Of a DNA stretch of 64,000 bases, positions 1 through 14,396 are shown one piece after another. The notes under the pieces are model-generated. The model was not told where the DNA came from, searched no databases, and saw nothing but the letters and a program-made list of their open reading frames with translations. Source of the DNA: Eledone cirrhosa. Taxonomy: Eukaryota. A program made the position numbers and the translations under genes. Every line of letters begins with the position of its first letter. Within the stretch, counting starts at the first letter, position 1. The DNA lies in assembly GCA_964016885.1 (NCBI GenBank), contig OZ024753.1, forward strand, positions 3,224,001 to 3,288,000, in the 5' to 3' direction.

Positions 1-14
1 CATATATATATGTG

Positions 15-65
<51 letters not shown>

Positions 66-152
66 GTGTGTGTGTGTGTATATATATATGTGTGTGTGTC
101 TGTGATCTATATACACTGGTCATTGACACACATACACACACATATACACACA
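1..152. repeat. (TA)n/(TG)n/(CA)n compound microsatellite
   Basis: Direct reading of dinucleotide runs. Confidence 0.95.
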
Positions 153-649
153 CCGCCTTACCTAAATACAAAGTAAAAACCTACTACAGTCAGTAGGCAT
201 CTCTATCAAAACACACCCCCGTCCCACCACCCCCACCAGCCCTTTCAATGTAAAGTTATGTTGGTGCCACAACATCCAGGCCGAAACAAATGAGATCGTG
301 TAGGTGTCACGACAAAAAAACACACAGTCCATGCTGTAAATGTGGCCGTGTAGGCAACACGGTAAAAACCTCCCAGCCCCACACTGTAAATGTGGTTGGT
401 GTTAGGAAGGGCATCCAGCTGTAGAAAACCCGCCAGACAGTCCACGCTGTAATGTGGCCGTGTAGGCAACACGGTAAAAACCTCCCAGCCCCACACTGTA
501 AATGTGGTTGGTGTTAGGAAGGGCAGCTGTAGAAAACCCGCCAGACAGTCCTATGCGAGCAAGACAACCACTCTTGCCTCAAGTGGGAAAACTCCCGTCC
601 AAACCCATGCAAGCGTGGAACACGGACGCTAAACCTTGATGATGATGAT
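153..649 (+). mobile_element. RTE-clade LINE 3' UTR fragment with (GAT)n tail and internal ~113-bp duplication
   Basis: Starts at ccgccttacctaa, the ORF-terminal sequence of the longer copy at 37833-38450 (reverse complement), and follows it to a gatgatgatgat tail; segment 324-436 is repeated at 437-544. Confidence 0.85.
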
Positions 650-1465
650 TCACATATATGTATATACACAACACTACCAGCTCTCTCTCTTCCATTCTCC
701 TTCTCTGTCTCCTCTCTCTATATCTTTCTTTCAATCTACTCTCTCACAACCATTATCTCATTCTCTCTATCCATCTCTCTCTCTCTGTTTATGAAGGTAC
801 CCAGAAAACACCCATATCTTGGGAAACCGTGCTTCGATTTATGCAAAACTTGTTTTATTCCATTTGTATTTCCATTTCAGGGGCAACTTCCTTTCAAAGT
901 ATTTTCCCATTATGCGCCATTTTGACTGTATTACATTACAGACAAGCAAGCAGGCAAGCAAACAAGCAAGCAATCACAGAATTTTAATAGTATATAGATA
1001 GATATATAAAGTCATGTGGTAAAACCATTTTTTAAAAAGCAAATGTCCACATTATTTTGATGGTGGCTAATAAAAAGTTCTTCAGTTTTGCAATATTTAG
1101 TTCTTCTTCATTGAGGTAGTGTTTTGCCACTGATATTCTCCAAATGGCTTCTCTCACCCTACATCTCAAAGGCCTTTGATATACTAAATTATACTTCAGT
1201 TAACGAAATAGCTGCAGATCCATGCAGTAAAGTGGATTTGTCCATTATAACAATAAAGGAAATAGAAACAAAGAGTTTATTAAAAGCATAAAAATAGTTA
1301 AATGCTGGCAAGTTCTAATCACCTTGCTTGCCTACATTAGAGAGAGAATAAATGATTTGGAGATTGGTTACTCAACTAAGAGAACATTACAAAATTAGTA
1401 CTGGATACCATTGGAGAAAAATGATTTCTCACTTAAAAATAAAACGTTTTTTAATATTAATAAAT

Positions 1466-1900
1466 GATAAAGTGGTCGTGTAGGTGTTATGACAAAAAGC
1501 ACCCAGGACGCACTGTAAAGTGGTCATGTAGGTGTCACAACAGAAAGTACCTAGTCCACACTGTAAAGTGGTCGTGTAGGTGTCATGACAAAAAGCACCC
1601 AGCACACACTATAAAGTGGTCGTGTAGGTGCCACGACAAAAAGCACCCAGCCCACACTGTAAAGTGGTCATGTAGGTGACATGACAAAAAACACCCAGCA
1701 CACACTATAAAGTGGCCGTGTAGGTGCCACGACAAAAAGCACCCAGCCCACACTGTAAAGTGGTCATGTAGATATCATGACAAAAAACACCCAGTCCACA
1801 CTCTAAAGTGGTCATGTAGGTGTTATGACATAAAGCACCCAGTCTATACTGTAAAGTGGTCATGTAGGTGTCACAACAAAAAGCACCCACCACACACTGT
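1466..1900 (+). repeat. 48-bp minisatellite, about 9 copies, derived from the LINE 3' UTR
   Basis: Unit aaagtggtcgtgtaggtgtcatgacaaaaagcacccagcacacactgt; 16-aa periodicity in ORF 1464-1679; resembles 296-340 of the LINE UTR. Confidence 0.9.
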
Positions 1901-2062
1901 AAATGTGGTTGGCATTAGGAAGGTCATCCAGCTGTAGAAATCTAATCAGAAACAGTTCTATAAGAGCAAGACATGGTCACCTGACCCAACTTGCCTCAAA
2001 TGGGACAACAAATCTAACCCATGCTAGCATGGAATGTAGATGTGAAACGATGATGATGATGA
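1895..2062 (+). mobile_element. RTE-type 3' tail with (GAT)n end
   Basis: cactgtaaatgtggttggcattaggaaggtcatccagctgtagaa...cccatgctagcatggaa...gatgatgatgatga, homologous to 494-649. Confidence 0.8.
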
Positions 2063-2071
2063 GGGTTTAAG

Positions 2072-2300
2072 AATGGCAGATTTGGTAGAATGCTGGATAG
2101 AATTATATTGTTTGCCTCTAATTATAGAATTATATTGTTTGCCTCTAATTATAGAATTATATTGTTTGCCTCTTACATTCTGTGTTCATATTCAAGCAAG
2201 GTCGACTTTACTTTTCCTCCTTCTGGGGTCAATACAATAAAGTACCAGGTAAGTACTCAGGTTCCCCCAAATTCTTGAGCCTTGTGCCAATATTGATAAA
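2072..2300 (+). mobile_element. degenerate SINE with internal 27-bp triplication
   Basis: tggcagatttggtagaatgctgga head, gtcgactttacttttcctccttctggggtcaatacaataaagtaccag central motif, ccttgtgccaa tail; tagaattatattgtttgcctctaatta x~2.7 at 2098-2172. Confidence 0.6.
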
Positions 2301-2454
2301 TGGTAAATACTCTCAAAATATTTCAAATATAAAAGCTCTCGTCATATACATATATATCACGATTCTTTATATGAACTATATATATATATACACAGAAACA
2401 AAATGGCGTAGGATAGAAGAAAGGAAAGGCACAGAAACGAAGAAAGGAATCCCC

Positions 2455-2499
2455 AGTCACTGAAGAGGTCACAGAGTGTGTGACGAAAGGACTATGACT
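2455..2499 (+). ncRNA. candidate minimal type I hammerhead ribozyme (variant)
   Basis: AGUCA-CUGAAGA-G-GUCACA gagug UGUGAC-GAAA-G ga C-UA-UGACU: 5-bp stem I, perfect 6-bp stem II, 1-bp stem III; one extra G after CUGANGA departs from the canonical core. Confidence 0.5.
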
Positions 2500-3435
2500 A
2501 TATATAAACAACTATCTGGTTGTGGAACCAACCAACCAACCAGAAATTTATAGGTTTGTAAATTTGTAAATTTATAAATTTATAAATATATAATAAATTG
2601 AAGTGAAAGCAACTGGTGCGTGTGTTTCTTGTTGGCAACATGGCCCTCCCAAAGTATAACAATATCGGTTTCAACACACGATTTCAGATAAAGAATCTTG
2701 CTAAACAAATTCAGAAACGAAATATATACATATATATATATATATATGTATATTTTGTGTGAGAGAGAGAGAAAGAGAATATAATTTTGTTTGTATGTTC
2801 TATAATTATTTCAGACCAGAATTTATTTACTTCTATTTACTTAAATTATTTGATCTATTTATCCAGAAATGTGCTTTAAAATAAACTTTTCATTTCAAAA
2901 TGTTTATTTGTAATACATATTCAGTTTTTCTAAATAATTTTTCACACTTTGTATCTATTTACACATTGAATTGATTGATAGTAGTTTCTACTTGATGCGT
3001 CTTTGCTTGTTGAGTTAGCCAATGTTCATATACTTCATATAACAGCTTTCAATGTTCTATATTTTTTTAATCTGTGATTGAGATCTGAAGAATCTTGTGC
3101 ACTGTTAGATTTTATTTTCTGTTTTATTTTAAAAATTTAAACCCAAATTTGCTTGGTTTCTTTATTTATTTTACATATATTTTTAAAGCCATTATCCCTA
3201 CAAAGATGGGAGTTTATTCTTCAGGTGGTGCCATGACAAGCTTCGTAATTAGCATGTTTGTCTCTTTTGAAGTAATGTTTTATTGCTGGATAGTCTTCTA
3301 GGTGATTAAAACAATTGGTGCCAGGAAGAGAATATGATTGTAAAACATTTGTATATTGAGAGAATAAGAAAATTATTTCTTTGTGAATCCTTCTGTCTCC
3401 TTGGTATAAGCAATAAAATATACAGCAAACAATGT

Positions 3436-3610
3436 TTAACTCTTTAGCATTTCAACTGGCTGTATCTAGCCAGAATTCTCTCACCTCTTTCTCTTCAAAC
3501 TGGCAGTAACCGGCTGCACCTAAGGATGTTAAGTTATTGTTCCCAAAATAAATAATATCACAATCTCAAACTCAATATTATGTGAGATAATTATGTGAAG
3601 TAAAGCCTTT
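3436..3610. mobile_element. end fragment of a TTAA-flanked (piggyBac-type) non-autonomous element
   Basis: ttaactctttagcatt...gccagaattctctcacctctttct matches the reverse complement of 29790-29853. Confidence 0.55.
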
Positions 3611-4104
3611 ACCATGAAAATATAAGAAACAATGTAGATGTAGGCATGACTGTGGGAGTATGATCTTTGCTTTCTAATCAGTTGGTTTCAAGTTCGATCT
3701 AACTGAATATATCTTTGGGTAAGTGTCAGGTTGACCAATATGAGTAATATTTGGTAGACGATATCTATGTGGAAACCTATATATATATAATGAACAGATA
3801 AATGAACAAATAGATATTTGTCACTAATAACTTCTTTTATATTTGATGCACACACAGACACACCACACTTATACACAATCACAACACACTTAGACACTAT
3901 CAGAAACAATGTATAGACCATTCCACCGAAAAATCAAAAATAACACACCCACTCACATGTCCCACCTTTCCTATTTTTTATTTTCAAATCTATCTATCTG
4001 TACTCTCCAGATGAAGGACTAACGTCTGGTATTTTGAACTTCTTTTCACTCTTTCATCTGAATCATGAAACTAATTGTTTTTATATCTCTGTGTATGTCA
4101 TTTG

Positions 4105-4105
<1 letters not shown>

Positions 4106-4168
<63 letters not shown>

Positions 4169-4246
4169 TATATACAAAAATATATATATACAAAAATATA
4201 TATATACAAAAATATATATATACAAAATATATATATATACATACAC

Positions 4247-4284
<38 letters not shown>

Positions 4285-4544
4285 ATACATATATATATAT
4301 ATATATATACATACACATATATATATACATACATATATATATATACATATATATACATACATATATATATATATACATACATACATATATATATACATAC
4401 ATATATATATATATACATACATATATATATATATATATATACATATATATATACATATATATATATACATATATATATATACATATACATATATACATAT
4501 ACATACATATATATACATATATATATACATACATATATACATAC

Positions 4545-4597
<53 letters not shown>

Positions 4598-4730
4598 CAT
4601 ATATATACATATATATATACATATATATACATATATATATACATATATATACATATATATACATATATATATATACACACATATATATATATGTGTGTGT
4701 GTGTGTATAATATATGTATATATATATATA
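4106..4730. repeat. long (TA)n/(TACA)n microsatellite
   Basis: Direct reading; source of the YI-repeat ORFs. Confidence 0.97.
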
Positions 4731-6429
4731 TTGAGTGTATATGAGCATGTCAGGGTTTACATGTACGTCTCACCACTTGGTGATGTTTATGTCTAGTATC
4801 TAAAGATTTTGGCAAAATAGAGATGAATACAATGTGCCAGAATGGTTGCAGTCTAATAACAAGATTAGTAAAAGAGAAACATGGGAGTAATTTGAAATTT
4901 TCCATAATATTAGCAATACAATTCTATTACTTGCTTTGCAGCTTTCAATAAATTGCTAGGATTTTCATGGAGCAGTACTATCTTACACAAATATTTTTTT
5001 TCTTGCAACGTTCTCCTTTAAAAGAAGCACATAAGAAATATAGGTAGCACTTGCAATACATGCGATGAAAATATCATCAGCAGACTAATGTAGAAAGTGA
5101 TAAAATAAGTCATATCTTGCAGTATATTTTAATTTATATTCTTAATTTAATCTTACAACCTTTTGTGATTATCGTCTTGTTTCTAGTAAAGTTATTCAAA
5201 TTTATACATTTGCATATCTTTCAAACCTATGTTCGTCAATAAAATGCCTTTCAGTTATAAAATATGATTAGTTGGTAGTTTTTGTCAGCCAGACTTAGTT
5301 ACCAAATAAGATTATGTACTTTGTGACTTGATTGCAACTCATTAGCTTGATTGCAACTCAGTTTGTGATGACCCTTAATCTTATTACATTTCAATGAGCC
5401 TCCCTTTTTGGACAATGATCTGTTAATCATATCATACCATAGCTAACACATAGTTTAGCACTTTGTTTGAGGATGCACAATATTATTCAGAATGTGTCCA
5501 AAAACTTAATGAAGAAAGGTTTACTGAGATTGAACTTGAAAGCACATGATTCCAAAACGAACATGTTAACCACACAGCTATGCTTATTCTTATATGTGTA
5601 TAATGAACTCAATATTTTATGTGAAAGTCAAACTGTTTCCATCTATGCACTTCCGACCATGAAAAAAATAACATGACATAAAAGGAACTATTCTATAGAT
5701 ATCCAAAAGATTCATATTTTCTATAACTATCTCTGCTTCTGAATATATCTTCAACAAAGTAAGTTAGATAGTGCTACATTGTAAAAAGGGTTAATAATAA
5801 AGCACAAATCTGTCTAAATAAAAACCTTATCTGTAATAGAACTAAAAAAAGAAATCAAGCAACAACTTTCAGTAGATTAATATGAGATAAAAATGAGCTT
5901 CAACAAGGTAATGTACCTTCTAAATATTTAAAATATAAGGGAAATCTGAGGTCAAATCTTCTGTGATAAATAACTGATAGTAATAAATATGATCTAAAAT
6001 ATGACTAAGTTTATCTATCCCCACCCCCTCTCTCACTTTCTCTATATATATACACAAACACACTCACACACACAAGAGGATGTGTGTGCATGTGTATAAC
6101 ACTTGCCATATCACACTAAAATCTCACCCTACTTGTTTCATGATCACCATCATCATCATCATTTAATGTCTGGTAGTAGGCAACATTTATATATGTGTGC
6201 ATAAACCAATAAGGGAAACTTCTGTGAGATATAATCGCTAAACACACTCACTGCTCTATTGTCTTTCATATGTGTTATATATATATATGTATATATATAT
6301 ATATGTATATGAGAGAGAGAGCCAGTACATGTTTATGAATCAACCATTACGATATCTTTACCTACTAGAAACAACAGCCAAATCTCCTTTAAAACAGACT
6401 CTTCTGCCAAGTTCCTCTCTTAGCATGCA

Positions 6430-6483
<54 letters not shown>

Positions 6484-7665
6484 ACATTTGAAGTGTAAAG
6501 CTTTTGCTGTTGGTTAATCTATGTAAGAACTCATTAGTATCAGTTTTAATGTTTTTCCAAGTAAGCAGAATGTCAAAGATTCTTGCTAGATTTATAACAG
6601 GTGTGATAAAATTGTATGTCTTTTTCCAGAAAAACAACAAAATATTAGTAGAATCCATGATAATGACTTCAATTGAGAAATCAAATGTATTATTTAGCTA
6701 CTGTAGTAGAAGTATGGAGTTAACATAAAACTCAACGAAATTGTTTTTACTTATGTGATATCGAGAAGAAAAATATCTCAGTTTTTCCTTGTTTTAAAGC
6801 AGGGAAACAATTGTACGAACAATTCAAACATAGAAAGAAATATTTGTAAAGGAGTTTCCATAAGCAAAATTGAAAATTACTTTTTTCTGACTCTAATCCC
6901 TAATACATTTTGTACTAAATTAACATAAACCTGACTTTTCTTAAAGATTTCTGGAATTTAGAATGGAAAAGAAATGGAAATGTAAGCTGCATAAAATAAA
7001 AAGAAATATTACCTCCCAGCCTTCATTAATATAAGTTTTTTCATTCACCTAAACATGCCCCAATGTAAACAATTTACATTATAGAATCTCCATTGGCCAT
7101 ATCCTCTTTCCAATTATTATTATTATTATTAATAGTAGTGGTAGTAGCAGTGACAGCAGTACACAGAACCAAATGTACCCAATACCTCTAAAAAAAAAGG
7201 CTTTACTCTAATTTCCATGACATTTACCTTAATGATAATATGCCTTGAAACATGCTTTAATTTTGAGGCAGTGGTAAATGATGCACTTATGTATGTGTGT
7301 GTATGTTCTTTGGAGAAGGAGAGAACAAGCAAAAGAGAAAAAATATTATTTCCATTAAAATTAAAATAAAAAAATTGATAAAATATATATATATAACAAA
7401 AAACAATTTAATATATATTTTTTAAAATCTCTATAAAGAAATGGAATAAAATATGGTTAAATAAAATAGAAAAAATACTAAAAATACATGCATATGTGTG
7501 CGTGTGAGTGTATATATGTGTGCATATGTGTACAAAAAATCTTCCATTATTAAATCAATATTTTATCCTGACTTTGATTAACTCTTTCTGATTTAGAAAT
7601 ACTGTTTGATGTTGGATGTCTTTTTTTCTTTTGAAATTTGGCTAGTTGTCTGACTATAACAATAG

Positions 7666-7798
7666 TGATGATGATGATAATAATAATAATAAGAAGGAGA
7701 AGAAGGAGAAGAAGGAGAAGAAGGAGAAGAAGAAGAAGAAGGAGAAGGAGAAGGAGAAGAAGGAGAAGAAGGAGAAGAAGAAGAAGAAGAAGAAGAAG

Positions 7799-7835
<37 letters not shown>

Positions 7836-7857
7836 CCAACAACAACAACAACAACAC
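7666..7857. repeat. compound trinucleotide microsatellite (GAT)(TAA)(GAA/GGA)(CAA)
   Basis: Consecutive in-phase trinucleotide blocks; gives the poly-R/T/K/N ORFs. Confidence 0.95.
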
Positions 7858-8158
7858 AGCCACCGTCAATATCTGTTTGTTATTGGCAGGCAGGGTGGAG
7901 TATATGTAGAAGGTGGCAAAGTTTTAAACAGCCAATAGAAATTTGTACCCTCTTTCTTCAGTGGAACATATTGGAGAGGGTTGAAGTGTGGGGGTAGGGA
8001 AGTCTCTTCCTACACATCTCTTGAATCATTCATTATTAGACAAAGAAGAATTCACAGATTCTACTTCAAAATGGTCTACTCACAGAAGATTAAATTCTGA
8101 ATATTTTTAGAAATGGCTAATGACTGCCTAAAACCATACACACAGGGACACATATACA

Positions 8159-8202
<44 letters not shown>

Positions 8203-8564
8203 AATGAATACATATACACTTCCACACACATACACATATATATATACATATATATATACCTATATATATATACACACCCAGGTATACCGACAATTCTCTT
8301 TCTCTTTCATATGTGTGTGTATGTGTATGTGTATGTAAATGGATTTTTATTTTATTTTCTCAACATATTATGAAATACAATCCAGCACGACACCTTTCTT
8401 TAAGAAAATGTCTTGATTTTCATTAAGAAAATTTGTTTCATCTTCAGATTTCATTACTTAAGGGAGCCTGTGTCTGCATTTTTGTGTTTGTGAATTCATT
8501 TGTAGAAAATTAGGGGTTTGTGTTTTTATATATGTTTTTGTGCATACACACCACACACACATTA

Positions 8565-8596
<32 letters not shown>

Positions 8597-9592
8597 AATG
8601 TATGTGTATGAGAGAGAGAGAAAGAGATTGAATACATATATACTCACACACGAAAAGCTAAGTGGAAATATAAATTGTAATGAAAGTATTTTGTTTGTTA
8701 ATCTTAAATTCATTTTGGTTATAAAAAGAAACATTTTCTCTTTTTTAACACATTAAATTGTTTTCATTAATCTCATCACCTTCTTTATATTCTTCCCCTT
8801 AACATTTATCATCATCATCATCTTTATGATTGATTATCTGTTATGTTTGCAAATTTTAGACAAGATTAACGAGAGCGCTCTTCTTTGTAAAGTATGGTCC
8901 TTTGTTGTTTTCTTTTATATATATTTTTTTTTCATCCATAAACATTTTTTTTTATATTATTAAGCCTCCTCATATGTTTTTGATGGCTTCATGTCACACT
9001 TCTAGACAGGCAAATTATTTTCTATATCTACTACTCTGTATTTCTTCTTTTATCTTTCTTTTTTCTTTTACTTTAATGTGTTAAAAATGTTCATATTGCA
9101 ATCATGAAGTTTGGGGTTCAAATCCACAGCCTGGTTTTATAAGCATACGTGGTTTACTATAGCTTCACAACACCCTGCCCCAGCAATGTGTGTGAAACTG
9201 AGTTTCTAATTTAAATAAAAACCTGTTAAAATATGTGGTTATATTTTAATAATATATATAATAATGAAATTATTGTGTACAGTGCTCAGGTGCACTACAA
9301 CTCATCAAAGGTGCATGTATAGTACATAGAATAATATACAAATGCCAGGAAAGTGAACAGTGTATGAGTCATGATATACACACAGACACAAATTAAAATA
9401 TTCCAACAAAATTTTATATAAGAACCTTAAATACACTATGTCCCTGTGTGTCATGAGAAACAACTAAATTCGTTCGTGTCAGGAAGGGATCTGACTGTAA
9501 AACACTGCCTCAAAAAGTGCCATCCAGCCCATGCCAGCATGGAAAAGGTGCAGTAAAAATGATGATACTCATAATGATATATATATATTATA

Positions 9593-9669
9593 CAGGCTGT
9601 CCCAAAAAAATATACACACACTTATTAGAATGCTGTTGAAGTGTGTATACATTTTTGGGGGACACCCTG
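9593..9669. mobile_element. 77-bp Tc1/mariner-type MITE
   Basis: TA|caggctgtcccaaaaaaatatacacac ... gtgtgtatacatttttggggacaccctg|TA: terminal inverted repeats with TA target duplication. Confidence 0.75.
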
Positions 9670-9960
9670 TATATACTTACATCAAGGTAATTTAACACCA
9701 GTCATGTTATGAGTTAATCTATTACAATTTATCCTCTCATTTAAATAGACCTGTGTCTTGGAAGGAAATATTGATTTAGTTACTTGCATTAGTGTGAACG
9801 CATAATTCTATTACATAACTATGGTAAAAGCAGTGAAGTTATATCTCTATTAAACACGTGTGTATACACAGAAATGTATCTAAAGCAGTGTAACATTAAT
9901 TTATTATTTCTGATGAGTATCTGCTAGATTAGTTAGTCTCTGACAATTACAACAATATTA

Positions 9961-10119
9961 GGTGGTGAGAGCTGACCTCATATCGTTGATCCTCACAGAG
10001 GATTGTTGATCCTCGCGAAGGACCATGACGAATGGAGAGATGCTGAGCTGAAGAGGACAGACCCCCCCCCCCCTTGCAAGCAGGGAAAAGTGGAAGTATG
10101 ATGATGATGATGATGATGA
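9961..10119 (+). mobile_element. RTE 3' end fragment (same family as 52040-52412)
   Basis: ggtggtgagag...gaatggagagatgctg...gaagaggaca matches 52278-52370; ends in a (GAT)n tail. Confidence 0.75.
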
Positions 10120-11036
10120 GGATTATCAATTATTTATTCTAGGGATTGTAGTAATGAAGAATATTCTATGAAAGCAGTTACCCTTGATAATAGATATTGT
10201 GTTTTATTAAATAAAGACCCTCTAGTAATTGAAAAGTCAGAATGTCGTCGTAGTCATCATCATCATCACAATTATCATCATAATCATCCTTGTTATCTTC
10301 GTCATTGTTTCTGAAGGCCATATGAGGTCTAACATTGTCAACAACCATATAAAGGGAAAGAGGAAAAGGAAGTGGCAATAAAATAAACACAACAAAAAAT
10401 GGTCTCCATGTTTGAATGTTGTTTTCTAGTCATTAACTTTGGGAGTTAATGGGACCATAGAATCACCAGCCACTCCTAGACTTTATAAGAATATAGCTTA
10501 ATGAGCTCTCTCGATAAAAGTCTTCTCTTTCTTCATATTTTTAAAATTCATTTATTTTTCTTTCTTAAATATTTTTACATATACATATATTGACATTAGC
10601 TGTATCGTAGAAAATAATATAATACAGAACTAAATAAATATATCCAGTTTTTATCACTATTACCAACAGACTTTGCAAACTATCTTTAGTCATTTACCAG
10701 GAATGATTTGCCAATATCCTTTTTTTTTTTCTCGTAAATGATCTTGTAGTAGGAATTGCATCACATACTGGAAACTGTTCTCAGTATAACAATGAAGTAA
10801 CATTTACAAATTGATTCATTCAACCCGTGCTTTTCATAGCAATAAATAATAATCAATTTCTTGAAGTTACCCAACTATATGACACCAGCAATTTGTATTT
10901 GTGAGGAGAGATCTAAATGTGAATTATTCATCTCAGTTTTCATAAGCTTCATATGCTTACTTCTATAGTCACCTCTGTCGTGAGAGATTCCATATCATAC
11001 AACATACACTTATGAATAGAAACCCTTTGATACAGG

Positions 11037-11040
<4 letters not shown>

Positions 11041-11079
<39 letters not shown>

Positions 11080-11089
11080 TTACATATAC

Positions 11090-11139
<50 letters not shown>

Positions 11140-11642
11140 CGTTATATATATATATATATATATACTTACATATACATTATATATATATATATATATACAT
11201 ATACATTATATATATATATATATACATATACATTATATATATATATATATACATATACATTATATATATATATATATACATATACATTATATATATATAT
11301 ATATATACATATACATTATATATATATATATATATATACATATACATTATATATATATATATATACATATACATTATATATATATATACATATACATATA
11401 CATTATATATATATATATATACATATACATTATATATATATATATATATACATATACATTATATATATATATATATATATACATATACATTATATATATA
11501 TATACATATACATTATATATATATATATACATATACATTATATATATATATATACATATACATTATATATATATATATATACATATACATTATATATATA
11601 TATATACATATACATTATATATATATATATATACATATACAT

Positions 11643-11673
<31 letters not shown>

Positions 11674-11716
11674 TATATATATATATACATTATATATATA
11701 TATATATACATTATAT

Positions 11717-11750
<34 letters not shown>

Positions 11751-11759
11751 ACATTATAT

Positions 11760-11793
<34 letters not shown>

Positions 11794-11795
11794 AC

Positions 11796-11827
<32 letters not shown>

Positions 11828-11848
11828 ACATATACATATACATTATAT

Positions 11849-11882
<34 letters not shown>

Positions 11883-11970
11883 ACATATATATATACATAT
11901 ACATATATATACATATACATACATACATATACATACATATATATATATATACATACATATATATATATAC

Positions 11971-12017
<47 letters not shown>

Positions 12018-12032
12018 CATATATATATATAC

Positions 12033-12063
<31 letters not shown>

Positions 12064-12184
12064 CATATATATATATACATATATATATATACATATATAT
12101 ATATACATATATATATATACATATATATATATACATATATATATACATATATATATATACATACATATATATATATACATATAC

Positions 12185-12215
<31 letters not shown>

Positions 12216-12374
12216 CATATATATATATACATACATATATATATATACATATATATATACACATATATATATACACATACATATATATATATACATATAT
12301 ATATATATACATATATATACATACATATATAAATATATACATACATATACATATATATATACATACATATATAA

Positions 12375-12405
<31 letters not shown>

Positions 12406-12446
12406 CATACATATACATATATATATATATACATACATATACATAC

Positions 12447-12478
<32 letters not shown>

Positions 12479-12817
12479 ACATACACATATATATACATAC
12501 ATATACATACATATATATATATATACATACACATACATATATATACATACATATACATACATATACATATACATACATATATATATATATACATACATAT
12601 ACATATATATATATATATACATACGTATACATATATATATATACATAGTATTATCGGTTTGGAGGAAACAGTTGTAAGCATAAAAATGTTTTGAACAGTT
12701 CTTTGATTCTTATATTTCATATATTTCATATATATATACATATATATATATATACATATACATTATATACATATATATATACATATACATTATATATATA
12801 TATATATATACATATAC

Positions 12818-12857
<40 letters not shown>

Positions 12858-12880
12858 CATACATATACATTATATATATA
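11041..12880. repeat. ~1.8-kb TA-based microsatellite with TACATATACATTA subunits
   Basis: Direct reading; interrupted by a short unique island at ~12647-12720. Confidence 0.97.
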
Positions 12881-14022
12881 TGCCATTTATATTTCATCTA
12901 AGCTAACGTAGATCTTTAATGTTTATACTAACCTGCCTAAAACTGTCCTTCATTGTATGATATGAGACTACTTATTTTAAAATGGTTTTAAATGGTTTTA
13001 TTTAAAGGGCAGTGCCCCAGAATGGCCTCAGTTGGATGGCTGGAACAGGTAAAAGAGTTAAAGAGTTTAAAAAACTTTCAATATGAAACTTTGTTAAGTT
13101 TATTCCAAACACCAACTTAATACTTTTGAAAATAACAGCCCATGTCTTTTGTTTGAAATATGCTATCAAAAGGGTTAACTGAGAAGAGAGTAACTGAGTG
13201 AGTCAACTACATTATATATCTAGTCTTTAGAAAATTATTTTAAAGTAAGGATTTTACACATATTTTCAAGTGAAACAAAAATAACATGAAGCTGAAGAAG
13301 GCAAATTCTGCAAATTAGATGCACAAAAGAGAAAATATTTCGCTAGCTTACTTGCATACTTATATGTTAATTTATGTATTAACTAATTAGCGTTACACAG
13401 AAAATGTTTTCGGTAACTATGTTTCAATTCTTATACAATTAGAATTGAGCTGAAGTGACAGTAAAATTGACAGAACAGTCACTAAACATTGCTTTGTTTA
13501 GCTACTTGTCACAAAATAATTGAACAGTTTTATTAACTTTTCAAAAGTGAAATGACATTTACATTTTTGTTTTTTTAAATAATTGAAAGAAAAGTTTCCC
13601 CAAGAATTCCTATAAAATTATTTCTTTTTTATTAACAATTTTGAAACCAAGAAATTTAGTGAGGAGAAAAATCCATTAAAGAACTGAATTAATTTTCTTC
13701 ACTAATCATGCAGTTTGGAAAATGGTTAAAATATAGCCTAAAGTTAAATTGTTGCAACTTCATTTTCTTTCAAATTGAAAAACATTATCTGATAAAAAAT
13801 GTCTTACTGTTTGATTAAGTTGAACATATTTAGGTTAGCAAAATATAGTTTTAACTATCTGGCATAAACAACCATGTAGTAATATTCAAGGCCAGTACTA
13901 ATTACCAACAAAATACCAATAAACTATTTAGTGTTTATTCTGATTGCAGTTGTGATTAAGCTTCCCATGGCAAACATTAGTTAAACTACTTACATTCGAG
14001 TGATCCGGCTATGAACATTATA

Positions 14023-14223
14023 TGAGGGTCAGCTGAAAAGTTCTACTGAAAAGACTGCCTATGAAGGAATGATGCCAGAGCTGTGAAATCTTGCATGCAT
14101 TAACTTCAACACATCTTAATCACTACAATGTTTCTTTCCAGGGACTATATTGAAGAACAAACCTCATTTGGTCAATCCATGCGAGTATCTTGGTCAGCCT
14201 ATGAACTTTTCAACTGACCCTCA
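14023..14223. mobile_element. mariner-type MITE
   Basis: TA|tgagggtcagctgaaaagttc ... gaacttttcaactgaccctca|TA; a second, inverted family member lies at 60744-60921. Confidence 0.8.
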
Positions 14224-14396
14224 TAGATGTAATAAGTATGTAAAATTTGAAGATAGTAATATTGCATACATTTCTGTTGAGTTATTTCTTGATAACCATT
14301 ATTATTTTCATTGCTATGAAAACTTTCATTTTAATTATCAAGTTATTAATTGATTTTAGAGAGGTTAATAGCTCTCCCTTGCATTGTCTTCATATA

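Noticed and set aside
4004-4030. ccagatgaaggactaacgtctgg, reminiscent of a Penelope-associated hammerhead
   Set aside because: Lacks CUGANGA and GAAA; too short to support.
10178-10390. Asp-rich minus-strand ORF ending near a gtaact donor-like site
   Set aside because: Decayed (GAT)n microsatellite; weak acceptor; no recognisable domain.
4046-12906. YI/IY-repeat ORFs of 200-560 aa and poly-R/K/N ORFs at 7638-7997
   Set aside because: Simple microsatellites lacking stop codons.
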